From positions 5,440,001 through 5,504,000 of the forward strand of contig CAWIAD010000002.1 of the NCBI GenBank assembly GCA_963833985.1: 64,000 bases of DNA. Direction: 5' to 3'. The position numbers were made by a program, and so were the translations under genes. Below, in pieces: positions 10,875-21,370 of the stretch (positions are counted from its first letter, which is position 1; every line of letters starts with the position of its first letter). A model generated the notes under the pieces. That model was given only the letters and a program-made list of their open reading frames with translations. It was not told the origin of the DNA and searched no databases. The stretch is from an uncultured Planctomycetaceae bacterium. Its GTDB lineage: Bacteria; Planctomycetota; Planctomycetia; Isosphaerales; Isosphaeraceae.

Positions 10875-13725
10875 ATGTTTGCTCGCCTTGCGGTTTTCAC
10901 AGGCCTTACCGGCCTGCTATTGCTTGTGCCTTTGGCCCGCTCCGACGAATTCGAGCTTTTCGAGAAGACGGTCCGGCCGGTTCTGGTTGAGCATTGCTAC
11001 AGGTGCCATTCGGACAGGCAGCAGAAGGGGGGCATCCGGCTCGACGGTCCCACGCATCTGACCAGCGACGGCGACGGTGCAGGTCCGCTGGTGGTGGCGG
11101 GCGACCCCGAGCAAAGCCGACTGATCCAGGTGCTGCGCTACACGGAGGAGCCGAAGATGCCGCCGGCGGGCAAGCTGCCGGAGGAGGCGATCGCCGCCCT
11201 GACCACATGGGTGAAAAAGGGAGCACGCTGGCCGGCCGAGAACATCCAGGTTGCCAAGAAGGCCAGGGCTGAAGACCACTGGGCGTTCCGGCCGGTCCGT
11301 GCTCCGTCGCTTCCGGCCGTCAGCGCGGCCAACTGGCCTGCGGGCGAGATCGACCGCTTCATCCTGGCGAAGCTGGAGTCGAAGAACCTCACGCCTTCAG
11401 AACCCGCCGACCGCCGCACCCTGATGCGCCGCGTCACCTTCGACCTCACGGGATTGCCGCCCAGCGCCGGGGACCTCGAGGCATTCCGCGGTGATCCCTC
11501 GCCGGAAGCCTACACCGCGCTGGTGGACCGGCTGCTGGCCTCTCCACAGTTTGGCGAGCGCTGGGGCAGACACTGGCTGGACGTGGCCCGGTACGCCGAC
11601 TCGAAGGGCCCGGTCGCCAGCGGCGAGACGGCGTATCCCGCGGCCGCCACCTACCGCGACTGGGTGGTGCGCGCCTTCAACGCCGACCTGCCCTATGACC
11701 AGTTCCTCATCAAGCAGATCGCCGCGGACGGCCAGCTCCGGATCCTGAACCACCCGGACACCGCGGCCCTGGGCTTCTTGACGCTCGGCCGCAAGTTCGA
11801 GGGGAGCGAGCCGGACATCATCGACGACCGCCTCGATGTGATCTTCCGCGGCACCCAGGGGCTGTCGATCGGCTGGCGCGGTGCCATGACCACAAGTACG
11901 ACCCGATCGCCATCCGCGATTACTACGGCCTCTACGGCGTCTTCGCCGGTGCCCAGGAACGCGACGCGGCCATCATCACCGGGCCGGATGCGCGGCTGAA
12001 GGCTCAGGCGCACGCCGCCGAGCTGTGCGCCCGCACGCGTGACCTGGACCGGTTCCTCGAGGCCGAGCGGAAGCGCGTCTTCGGTGATCATCGCCGCAAG
12101 GCGGACCTGTACCTGATGGCCGCGCAGCAAGACCAGGGCAAGCCGCCCGAGGCCGCGGCTGCCCGGCCGGGCCTGCGCCCGACGGCCTGCATGCGGACGT
12201 CATCGTGCTCTACCGGACGCTGCTGGAAGGCACCCGGGCCGAGCATCATCGCGTGATGACGCCGTGGCACGCCTTCGCGGCGCTCAAGCCGGAGGAGTTT
12301 ACGACCAGGGGCAAGGAGCTGGCGGCGAGGTTCGCGGCCAACGCCAGCGAAGACAAGGCGCTCAATACGCGGATCGCCCAGCTCTTCGCGGGCAAGGCAC
12401 CGGCAAACCTGGGCGACGTGGCCGGCCGCTACGGCAAGCTCTTTGCCACGATCGCACGCAAATGGGAGAAGGCTCTTGCCGACGCCGACCGGGCCGACCG
12501 CGAACGCCCCGCGGCGCTGGATGGCGAGGCCGAGGAGGAGCTCCGCCAGCTCATCTTCGACCCGGGCGGGCCGCTCGACGATCGCACGGCCGGCGACGTG
12601 AAGGACCGGCTGGAAGGCGAGCGCAGGGCCAGGTACGACGAGCTCAAGAAGGCCGTGGAAGACTGGCGGGATGACCCCTCCGCGCCGCCCCTGGCGAGGA
12701 TCCTGGAGGACGCTGACGAACCTCCCCTGACGCGGGTGTTCCGCCGCGGCAAGCCGGAGGACCCCGGCGACGAGGTGCCCCGGCGGTTCCTGCCCGTGCT
12801 GGCCGGCCCGAATGCCCCCCCGTTCAGCGACGGCACCGGCCGCTACGACCTGGCGAAGGCGATCGCCAGCAAGGCCAACCCGCTCACGGCCCGGGTGTGG
12901 GTGAACCGGGTCTGGGGTCACTTGCTGGGCCATGGGCTGGTGGCCACGCCCGGCGACTTCGGCACCCGCTCGGCACCGCCGTCGCATCCGGAGCTGCTCG
13001 ACTGGCTGGCGAATTCGCTCATGGCCGAGGGCTGGTCCAGCAAGCGGCTGATCCGCAGGATCGTGCTTTCACGCACCTACCAGCAGGCGAGCGCCGACCG
13101 GCCGGAAATGAAAACCGTCGACCCCGCCAACGAGCTCTTCTGGCGGCAGAACCGCAAGCGGCTGGAGCTGGAGCCGCTCCGCGATGCCATGCTGGCGGCT
13201 TCGGGACAGCTTGACCCGGCCACGGGTGGGCGCTCGATCGACGTCGCCGCGCACCCGGATTCCCGCCGCCGGACCCTCTACCTGGCCGTGAAGCGCGAGA
13301 GCCTGCCGGCGTTCTTCCGAGCCTTCGACTTCGCCAACCCGGACCTGCACACACCCGAGCGGCACGAGACGACCGTGCCCCAGCAGGCACTCTTCCTGCT
13401 CAACGGCCGTTTCGTCGCCGCGCAGGCCCAGGCGCTGGCGCGGCGCGCGGGCGAGGCATCGGCACGAGACAGAGACGACGACGAAACGTTCATTGAGCGC
13501 GCTTTTGGCTGCGCTCTGGGCCGCGCTCCGAGCCGGGACGACCGCGACCAGGCCCTGGCCTTCCTTCGGGCCGCGGCCGCACTGGAGCCGGCCGGGTCGG
13601 AACGATCCTGCGCCGACACGGTCGTGGAGCCCCCAGCCTCCGAGGCAGCCGCCCGGCACCTCTCGCCCCGCGAGAAGCTCGCGCAGGTGCTGCTGCTCTG
13701 CAACGAGTTCACGTATCTGGATTGA
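10875..13725 (+). CDS. Planctomycete cytochrome c / PSD1 (DUF1549+DUF1553) protein (frameshifts near 11876 and 12178)
   Basis: Signal peptide, [26 protein letters not shown], restored [42 protein letters not shown]. Confidence 0.9.
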
Positions 13726-13771
13726 CCGCGGGTTGACCGTGGATTGCATACCCGGCGAGAGGAGCTGGCAG

Positions 13772-15210
13772 ATGGCGGATCATCAGGAGCAAGGGACGGA
13801 CGAGACGCGCACGCTCTCGCTCTCGCGCCGGGCCTGGCTGGCACAGACCGGTTGCGGGTTCGGCGGCCTGGCACTCGCGGCGATGATGGCGGAACGCGCC
13901 CGCGCCGGGAGGCGGACACCGGGTCGAAACCTGCGGCGGCAGTGCCGGCACCGGGCAAGCCGCACTTCACGCCCAGGGCCAGACAGGTGATCCATGTCTT
14001 CCTGGAGGGCGGGCCCAGCCACGTCGACCTTTTTGACCCGAAGCCGGAACTCTCAAGGCAGGACGGGAAGCCCATCACGGTGCCCGGCGAGAACCGCAAG
14101 GCGCCGGCCTTCGGCACGGCGTTTCCCTTCTCACGGCATGGAAAATCGGGCCTGGAGCTGAGCGCTGCGCTGCCGCACCTGGGTGCGCTGGCCGACGACC
14201 TGTGCGTGGTCCGCTCGATGTACTGCGAGGAGGCCGCCCACGACGCCGCGATGCTGCTGATGAACTGCGGCAATGCCCGGCTGGCCCGGCCCAGCGCCGG
14301 GTCGTGGATCACCTATGGCCTGGGCCGCGAGGACCAGAACCTGCCCGAGTTCGTGGTGCTCTATGACGGCAGCCCGCCGGTCAAGGGCGTGGAGAACTGG
14401 CAGGCGGCGTTCCTGCCGGCCACCTGCCAGGCAACGGCCGTGGACACCCGGCATCGCGACGTGGGACGGCTGCTGGAGAACATCCACAGTCCATTCGCCA
14501 CGGCGGCCGAGCAGAGGCTCCAGCTCGACCTGCTGAACCACCTCAACCGCGGGCACGCCGCCGGCCGGGCCGACGACCCGCGGCTGGAGGCGCGCATCAA
14601 GTCGTTCGAGCTGGCCTATCGCATGCAGACCGCGGCCACCGACGCCTTCGACCTGGCGCGTGAGCCAGCCCCGGTGCAGGAGCTCTACGGCGACACGTCC
14701 GTGGGCCGGCAATGCCTGATGGCCCGCCGGCTCATCGAGCGCGGGGTGCGCTTCGTGCAGGTGTACAGCCCGGGCTGGGACCATCACGATACGCTCACCG
14801 ACAGCCTCCGCGAGAAGACCAAGGGGCTGGACCGCGCCGTGGCCGGGCTGCTCACCGATCTGAAGCGCCGCAGCCTGCTGGCTGACACGCTGGTGGTGAT
14901 CGGCGGCGAGTTCGGCCGCACGCCCGTGGCCGACGGCATCTTCGTCTCCAAGAAGCCGGGCCGAGGGCACAACAACCGCGGGTTCAGCACCATTCTGGCC
15001 GGCGGCGGAGTGAAGGGCGGCCATGCGCACGGGAAGACCGACGAGTTCGGCTTCCAGGCCGTCGAGGGGAAGGTCCACGTCCATGACCTGCACGCCACGA
15101 TGCTGCACCTGCTGGGCCTGGACCACACGCGCCTGACGTATCGCTACGCCGGCCGCGATTTCCGCCTCACCGACGTGCACGGGAACGTTGTCCGGGAGAT
15201 CCTGGCGTAA
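13772..15210 (+). CDS. DUF1501 domain protein with Tat-like signal (frameshift near 13908)
   Basis: SRRAWL signal, GGPSHVDLFDPKP, ARRLIERGVRFVQ, WDHH, GEFGRTP, HVHDLHAT, FRLTDVHG. Confidence 0.9.
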
Positions 15211-15274
15211 CCACGCGCCGAGGGCCGAGGTGCGCCGCACCCGTGCTGCCGCGTCCCTTCAGTCCTCTTCACTT

Positions 15275-15385
15275 GGGACAATGTTCTATGCTTGTCACAC
15301 ACAGATATTATTGTGAGAATCTATTTGACTGAGAGAAGAGAGACGTGACAAGAATGGAAGTGACACGATCGGTATCGTGTCCCAC
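15275..15385. repeat. Degenerate REPIN-like palindromic element between convergent genes
   Basis: tgggaca...tgtcccac outer arms; ttctatgcttgtcac/gtgacaagaatggaa inverted pair (13/15); gacacgat-cggt-atcgtgtc hairpin. Confidence 0.55.
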
Positions 15386-15399
15386 GACGGATGCTCACC

Positions 15400-16506
15400 T
15401 CACGAGTTCTCCTCGCTCCACGACCCCAGCCAGAGGTCGATGGGGCGCTTGATGCCGGTGGGGCGGAAGGGCAGGCCGACCTTCGCTCCCATGCGGGCCG
15501 AGCGGTAACCGGCCAGCAGCACTTCCTGGACGATGCGGCCGTCCTCGCCCGTGGCGATGGGCGTCTCCTTGCCGCGAACGCACCGGGCGAAGTGGTGCAT
15601 CTCCTGCGGGAAGCCGTAGTTCCAGAGCTCCTCGAAGACGGGGTATGACCACCCCTTCGTCGTGGGGGCCTTCTCCACGGCGTAGCCGTAGCCGGTCTCG
15701 CTGTAGGTGGGCAGGGAATTGCCCATGTGCAGGTTGGCGTAGGTCAGGCCCGCGTCGCCGTAAACCTCCACGCGGTCGTCCATGCCCCCGCGCCGCGCCC
15801 AGCTATTCTCCACCAGGCCCACGGCTCCACCTTCGAATTCGAGAATGCACACCGAGTCGTCCTCGCCCTGCGTCCTGGCACCGTGCACGTGCGTGGCCAT
15901 CTGGCAGTAGACGCTCCGGATCGGGGCCCGGTTCAGGAACCAGTAGCAGAAGGCGATGCCGTGGCAGCCCATGTCCATGAACACCCCTCCGCCAGACCTG
16001 TGCACGTCCCAGAACCAGTCGGCGTGGGGGCCGAAGTGCTTCTCGCTCTGCTTCACCATGTAGACCTTGCCAAACGCTCCCTCGTCGGCCATGCGTTTGG
16101 CCTGCACGTACTTGGGCGTGAAGAAGAGCTCCTCGGCATACATGAGCAGCACGCCCTGGCGGTGGCAGACGTCGATCATCAGGTCGGCCTCCTCGAGCGT
16201 CATGCAGAGGGGCTTCTCGCAGACGATGTGCTTGCCTGCACTGGCGGCGTCGATGGTCATGCGCGCGTGCAGCGCGTTGGGCGCGGCGATGGTGACCATC
16301 TCGATGTCGGGCTCGGCGAGCATGGCCCGGTAGTCGTGAAAGACGCGCGGGATGCCGTAGCGGGCGGCCAGGGCCTCGGGGTTGCCCGGCGTGGGCGAGG
16401 CCACGGCGACGACCTCGGCCTCGTCCGGCATGATCTGGAACGCGGCCGCGTGGATGTCGGCCTCGAACCGCGAGCCGATGATTCCCACCTTCACCTTGCC
16501 GGCCAT
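15400..16506 (-). CDS. Gfo/Idh/MocA family oxidoreductase
   Basis: VGIIGS Rossmann start, AGKHIVCEKP, GGGVFMDMGCH. Confidence 0.9.
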   Translation of the reverse strand: MAGKVKVGIIGSRFEADIHAAAFQIMPDEAEVVAVASPTPGNPEALAARYGIPRVFHDYRAMLAEPDIEMVTIAAPNALHARMTIDAASAGKHIVCEKPLCMTLEEADLMIDVCHRQGVLLMYAEELFFTPKYVQAKRMADEGAFGKVYMVKQSEKHFGPHADWFWDVHRSGGGVFMDMGCHGIAFCYWFLNRAPIRSVYCQMATHVHGARTQGEDDSVCILEFEGGAVGLVENSWARRGGMDDRVEVYGDAGLTYANLHMGNSLPTYSETGYGYAVEKAPTTKGWSYPVFEELWNYGFPQEMHHFARCVRGKETPIATGEDGRIVQEVLLAGYRSARMGAKVGLPFRPTGIKRPIDLWLGSWSEENS

Positions 16507-16580
16507 GATGCTGGATCTCCCCGGGTGCTCGTTCTGCCGCGGGCCGGAGTGCGCCGCGTACACTCAGGTCTCGCCTCGTC

Positions 16581-16614
16581 GTGTCGTGTCGTGTCGTGTC
16601 GTGTCGTGTCGTGT
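16581..16614. repeat. Pentanucleotide simple sequence repeat (GTGTC)6+GTGT
   Basis: Directly visible perfect tandem array in the intergenic spacer. Confidence 0.95.
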
Positions 16615-16620
16615 GGCGTC

Positions 16621-17946
16621 TCACCAGCCCGTGCGGTATTCCCTCTGGATGTACGGTGCTGCCTCGGGACAGCCCGGGACAGTCATCGTCGCGGCGTCCC
16701 AGTGCACCGACTTGCCGGTGCGCAGCGCCAGGTTGGCCACGAGCATGGTCTCGGTGAGCCGGGATGCGAAGCCGTCGAACCGGCAGAAGGCTGGCGGCCC
16801 GCCCCGGCAGGCGGCCAGCCATTCCTGGTGGTGGCTCTCGCGCGGGGCGCGGGGCACCGAAGGTGCGGGCGGTTTGAAATCACGGTAGCGTTCCTCGGGC
16901 AGCAGCGACCACTCGCCGCCGGTCCATTCCGCCGAGGAGAGCGTTCCCCGGGTGCCCACCACGATCGCGCCGTTGTCGGCCAGCTTGCGGCCGCCCACCA
17001 GATCGGCCGGGGGCTTCTGGCCGCCGTCGTACCAGAACAGAGTGATCGGCCCTTGGCATGCGCGCGCGGCGAACTGGAGCTTGAGCCGCGACCAGACGGG
17101 GAAAGTTTCGGGCTTCAGGCCCGAGGTCGCAACGATCTCGGCGGAGACCGGCGGCTCCAGCTCGAGCGCGGCGAAGGGCATCGCCACGTTGTGGATGCCC
17201 ATATCGCCCACGGCGCCGGTGCCGAAGTCTTTCCAGCCCCGCCAGACGAACGGGCAGTAGGCGGGATGGTAGGGCCGCGCGGGTGCGACGCCCAGCCAGA
17301 GGTTCCAGTCCAGGCCGCTGCGCACGGCGGGTGCACCACCGGGGCGGTCGATTCCCTGGGGCCACCAGCCGGCGGGCCGGTCGGTCCAGACGTGCAGCTC
17401 GCGGACCTCGCCGAGCACTCCCGAGCGCAGGACCTCGATCCCCGCGCGGCTGCCGTCGCCGGCCATGCCCTGGGTGCCCATCTGGGTGGCCAGCTTCTTC
17501 TCCGCGGCCATGCGCGCCATGGTGCGCGCCTCGGCGATGCTCCAGGTGAGCGGCTTCTCGCAGTAGACGTGCTTGCCCAGCTCCATGGCTGCCAGGCTTA
17601 CCGGAGCGTGCATGTGGTCCGGAATGCTCACGGCGACCGCATCGATCCGGGCATGCATGGCGTCCAGCAGCTTGCGGTAATCGCGGAACCGCTGGGCGTT
17701 GGGAAGCTTGCTGAAGGCCCCGGCCGCGCGGTTGTCGTCGACATCGCACAGCGCAACGATGTTCTCGCCGAGCAATCGCTCCAGGTTCTCGGCCCCCTGC
17801 CCTCCACAGCCGATGATCGCGATGTTGAGCCGTTCGTTGGGACTTTTCGCCCGGACCGGGCGAGCCTGCCCGGCCAGCCCCAGGCTTGCCACGGCCGCGC
17901 CGCCCAGCACAGAGACCAGCTCGCGGCGATTCCAGGTTCTTTTCAT
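16621..17946 (-). CDS. Tat-exported Gfo/Idh/MocA family oxidoreductase
   Basis: NRRELV signal, IAIIGCGGQG, PDHMH, KHVYCEKP, GTGAVGDMGIH. Confidence 0.9.
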   Translation of the reverse strand: MKRTWNRRELVSVLGGAAVASLGLAGQARPVRAKSPNERLNIAIIGCGGQGAENLERLLGENIVALCDVDDNRAAGAFSKLPNAQRFRDYRKLLDAMHARIDAVAVSIPDHMHAPVSLAAMELGKHVYCEKPLTWSIAEARTMARMAAEKKLATQMGTQGMAGDGSRAGIEVLRSGVLGEVRELHVWTDRPAGWWPQGIDRPGGAPAVRSGLDWNLWLGVAPARPYHPAYCPFVWRGWKDFGTGAVGDMGIHNVAMPFAALELEPPVSAEIVATSGLKPETFPVWSRLKLQFAARACQGPITLFWYDGGQKPPADLVGGRKLADNGAIVVGTRGTLSSAEWTGGEWSLLPEERYRDFKPPAPSVPRAPRESHHQEWLAACRGGPPAFCRFDGFASRLTETMLVANLALRTGKSVHWDAATMTVPGCPEAAPYIQREYRTGW

Positions 17947-18198
17947 GGTCGTGCGTCCTTCCGCCCTTGCGCTACAATGGCAAGGAGCCCAGCAATGCGC
18001 GAAGCGCTCCGGGATGCGGCTCCCCTCCCCGCTGATCGTAGAGCATTCACCAGCGGCTCACAACCATGCGCCAGGGCGCCAGGGTTTCCAACCTTTCCCG
18101 GGACTGCGTGTTGCTCTAGAATTCGATGGGCCTTCCAGGCACACACACGGTTCGCGTTGGTTTCCAGAACCGAGCAACAACAGGGCGGCTGCTCGCTC

Positions 18199-18667
18199 AT
18201 GGCTTCACGTTCCACCAGCATGCTCAGTCCGAACCTCACGCCGTTGCTGGACGTGGTGCTCCAGCTCATCACGTTCTTCATGATGCTCGTCCATTTCGGC
18301 AGCAAGCTCGAGGGGGCCAATCTTGTGGTGCGGCTGCCGGTCGCGCCGGCGGCCCTGCCGGGATCGGACCTGACGATCGACCGCCTGCCGGTCGCGCTCG
18401 ACCGGCGGGGAGGGCTGCGGCATGGCGGCAAGGTCATGGCGGGCGCGGCGGCCTCGGCCTGGTGGGCCGAGCAGGCGCGCATCCGCCGCGCCGGGCGCGA
18501 CCTGCTGCCGGCCGACGACTCGGCCCACGGCGAGCTGCCCACGGTGGTGATCCTGCGAGCTGATCGCGACGCCTCCTACGGCACGGTCAGGCGGCACGCT
18601 GGCCCAGGCGCAGGAGCAGGGTTTCGCCCAGTTCAGCCTGGTGGTGTTGCGGAGAAAGCAGCCATGA
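18199..18667 (+). CDS. ExbD/TolR family protein (frameshift near 18592)
   Basis: NLTPLLDVVLQLITFFM TM with conserved Asp; VILRADRDASYG. Confidence 0.85.
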
Positions 18668-19285
18668 GTCTCGGCATGGGCATGCCTGCTTTCAACGCAA
18701 GGACGCCGGGCGGGATGGCCGAAGCGTCCGCGGACGCCGTGGCGCCACGCTCGCGGCGGTATCGTCCGGGGCCGCCCGACGAGGTGTTCTTCCCGGTGAC
18801 GCCGATGCTCGACATGGCATTCCAGCTCCTGGCCTTCTTCATCCTGACGTTCAAGGCGCCGACGGCGGAGACGCACATCGACCTGCAACTGCCGGCCACG
18901 CCCGCGGCCTTGCCCTCCGCACGGGCCGGCAGGGCTCGGCCCAACCCGGCGCGGGCCGTGGACGCCGACCTGGAAAACGACCTGCTCGTGCGGGCCGAGG
19001 CCGACGACCTGGGCGACCTGTCGGCCTTGCGGCTGGGCGAGGCCGTCTTGCCAGACCTGGAAGCGCTGGGCAGCCGCCTGCACCGCTACACCCAGCTTCT
19101 GGGCAGCCGACCGCTCCGCGTCCGGCTGGTCGCTGACGACCGCCTGCGCTACGAGCCCGCCGCGCAAATCATCGCCGTGTGCTCGGCCGCCGGGGTCTCC
19201 TCCGTGCGCGCTGGCGCAGCCCGGCGGCATTCCCGCCCTGCGCGATCTGCCGCGAGTCACACCTGCGAAGGACGGCTCACGATGA
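18664..19285 (+). CDS. Second ExbD/TolR family protein (frameshift near 19209)
   Basis: VTPMLDMAFQLLAFFILTF; ADDRLRYE. ATGA coupling at both ends. Confidence 0.85.
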
Positions 19286-20091
19286 GACTCGGACTCGCCA
19301 TGCTCTGCCGCGGCGCGGTTCTCGCCTGCATGCTGTGGATGGTGGGCGGCGGGACGGCGGGCGCCCGGACCGAGGACGACGAGCCGGTCTCGGGCCTGAG
19401 CCTGGCCGACCTGGAGGCGTACTCCGCGGCACTTCAGGGAAAAGGGACCGGCGGCAACCGCGAAGAACCTTCAGAGCCGCCCCGGCCCGTGACCTTTCGC
19501 GACCTCTGGGACCATCCCGAGACCTGGCAAGGCCGGCGCGTGCAGGTGCAAGGGCAGGTTGTCCGGGTCTTTCGCCAGCAGGCCGTGGGCCGCTTCCCCG
19601 CACTCGTGGAAGCCTGGCTGAGCACGCCCCGGAAGAACCTGCTGTGCACGGTCTTCCCCGCCGGCCAGGGGCCGGAAGCCGGCCAGAAGGTTGCCTTCAC
19701 CGGCACGTTCCTGCGGACCATCCGCTACACCGGCGACGATGCGCCGCGGCTGGCCCCGTGCATTGTGGGCGACCGCCCCCCTGCTCCCTTGCCGGCGGTC
19801 GCAGCAACAGGCAGGCCGGCGGCGTTCGACTGGCGGGACCTCGTCACCAGCGCTCCGCCGACGGGCGAGGGCTTCTTCAGCTCCTGGTCGCCGCTGGGCT
19901 GGATCGCGGGAAGCATCCTGGGCGTGACCGGGGTTGTGCTGCTGGTCTGGCGGCACTGGCGCGGAGCGGCCGAGGGCAACATTGGTGCGGGTGGACACAA
20001 CGCTGACGGGACGACGGCACAGGACCCGCCGCTGGATTTCCTTGAACCGGAGCCGATCCATGGAACCGTTCCCGACGCGCGACCCCATTGA
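19282..20091 (+). CDS. Exported/membrane hypothetical protein, possible OB-fold
   Basis: Signal peptide, DLWDHPETWQGRRVQVQG..V.FTG.F beta pattern, C-terminal TM helix. Confidence 0.65.
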   Translation: MRLGLAMLCRGAVLACMLWMVGGGTAGARTEDDEPVSGLSLADLEAYSAALQGKGTGGNREEPSEPPRPVTFRDLWDHPETWQGRRVQVQGQVVRVFRQQAVGRFPALVEAWLSTPRKNLLCTVFPAGQGPEAGQKVAFTGTFLRTIRYTGDDAPRLAPCIVGDRPPAPLPAVAATGRPAAFDWRDLVTSAPPTGEGFFSSWSPLGWIAGSILGVTGVVLLVWRHWRGAAEGNIGAGGHNADGTTAQDPPLDFLEPEPIHGTVPDARPH

Positions 20092-21277
20092 AGGGCTGCA
20101 CTTCACGTTCCACTCGGACAGGGCGAACCCGGAAGTCGAGGAGCAGCCCACCCCCCGGCGTGAGCGTCCCGCCAGGCACGATAACGGGGACGGCAGCGCC
20201 GGCAGCGACGGCAGCGACGGCGACGACGACGAGGGCCGGCTCCACTGGCGTGTGCTTCGTTTGGGTGAGACGCCGCTCACCGATCCCCGATCGCTGGGAG
20301 GCTCGGCCTTCGTGCACGTTCTGCTGGTCGCACTCGCGCTCCTGACCGTTCAGAACGTGTCGATCCTGCGCACGCGCGAAACGGCCCCGACACTCAAGGG
20401 CGAGATCGACACGGTGGACAACCGCGCCGATGCCAGCAAGCCGGTTGGTGATGGTGGAGGATCTCCGGGCGAGATGGGTGGCCTGGGGAGCGTGGCCTTC
20501 GTGGCGCCCGCCGCCGGGAATGATCCCGAGGGTCCTGGTCCGGATGCGGCCGCGGACGCCTTGCTGAACGAGATCCTGCCCAGGAAGGCCGAGTTGCCGG
20601 ATGATGCGCTGCGGCGCGCCCTGCCCGGCCCGCAGACCACGGGCATCGGCCTGGTTCCTGGTCCGGGCCTGGGTGGAGGGGGCGGCGCGGGCGGCGGTTC
20701 GGGGGGCGGAGTGGGCAAGGGCATCGGGCCGGGGACGGAATTCTTTGGTGCCCGCGAGCATGCCCATTCCTTCGCCTACGTGATCGACTGCTCCGGCAGC
20801 ATGGCCCTGCGCAGCTCGCTGATCGTGGCCAAGCACGAGCTGCTGGCCAGCCTGAACCAGCTTCCGCCGGACGCCCGGTTCTCGGTGATCTTCTACAACG
20901 AGCGGGCCCGCGTCTTCTCGGATCCGCACGGGCAGCAAGGGATGATGCCGGCCACGGCGGCCAACAAGGTGCGGGTGCGCACCCAGCTTCAAGGCGTTTT
21001 GCCCGATGGCGGCACCGACCACATGGTGGCCCTGCGCACGGCGCTCGGGCTCAAGCCCGAGGTCGTCTTCTTCCTCACCGACGCCGACCAGATGGACGAC
21101 AACGACGTGAACCATGTCTTGACCGAGGTGCACGGCAGCCGGATCCAGGCCGTTGAGTTTGGCATCGGCCCGCATATTGGCCGCCAGACCCCGCTCAACC
21201 GCCTGGCCGTGACCACCGGCGGATCGTACCGGTTCATCGACGTGACGAGTTTCCCCAGGTCGGCATCAGGATATTGA
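20060..21277 (+). CDS. Membrane-anchored von Willebrand factor A domain protein
   Basis: SAFVH TM, Gly-rich linker, MIDAS YVIDCSGSM, GGT, FFLTD. Confidence 0.85.
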   Translation: MEPFPTRDPIEGLHFTFHSDRANPEVEEQPTPRRERPARHDNGDGSAGSDGSDGDDDEGRLHWRVLRLGETPLTDPRSLGGSAFVHVLLVALALLTVQNVSILRTRETAPTLKGEIDTVDNRADASKPVGDGGGSPGEMGGLGSVAFVAPAAGNDPEGPGPDAAADALLNEILPRKAELPDDALRRALPGPQTTGIGLVPGPGLGGGGGAGGGSGGGVGKGIGPGTEFFGAREHAHSFAYVIDCSGSMALRSSLIVAKHELLASLNQLPPDARFSVIFYNERARVFSDPHGQQGMMPATAANKVRVRTQLQGVLPDGGTDHMVALRTALGLKPEVVFFLTDADQMDDNDVNHVLTEVHGSRIQAVEFGIGPHIGRQTPLNRLAVTTGGSYRFIDVTSFPRSASGY

Positions 21278-21370
21278 GCCCCGCCTGGTGGACACGTACC
21301 ACGTCAGGGACTGGTGGCCGAATGCCAAACGAGGGGGCAAGGCTCTGGGGCACGGCTCTGAAAAGACGGC

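Noticed and set aside
15727..20091. 1454-aa ORF
   Set aside because: Antisense shadow of two oxidoreductases joined to three real genes by frameshift errors.
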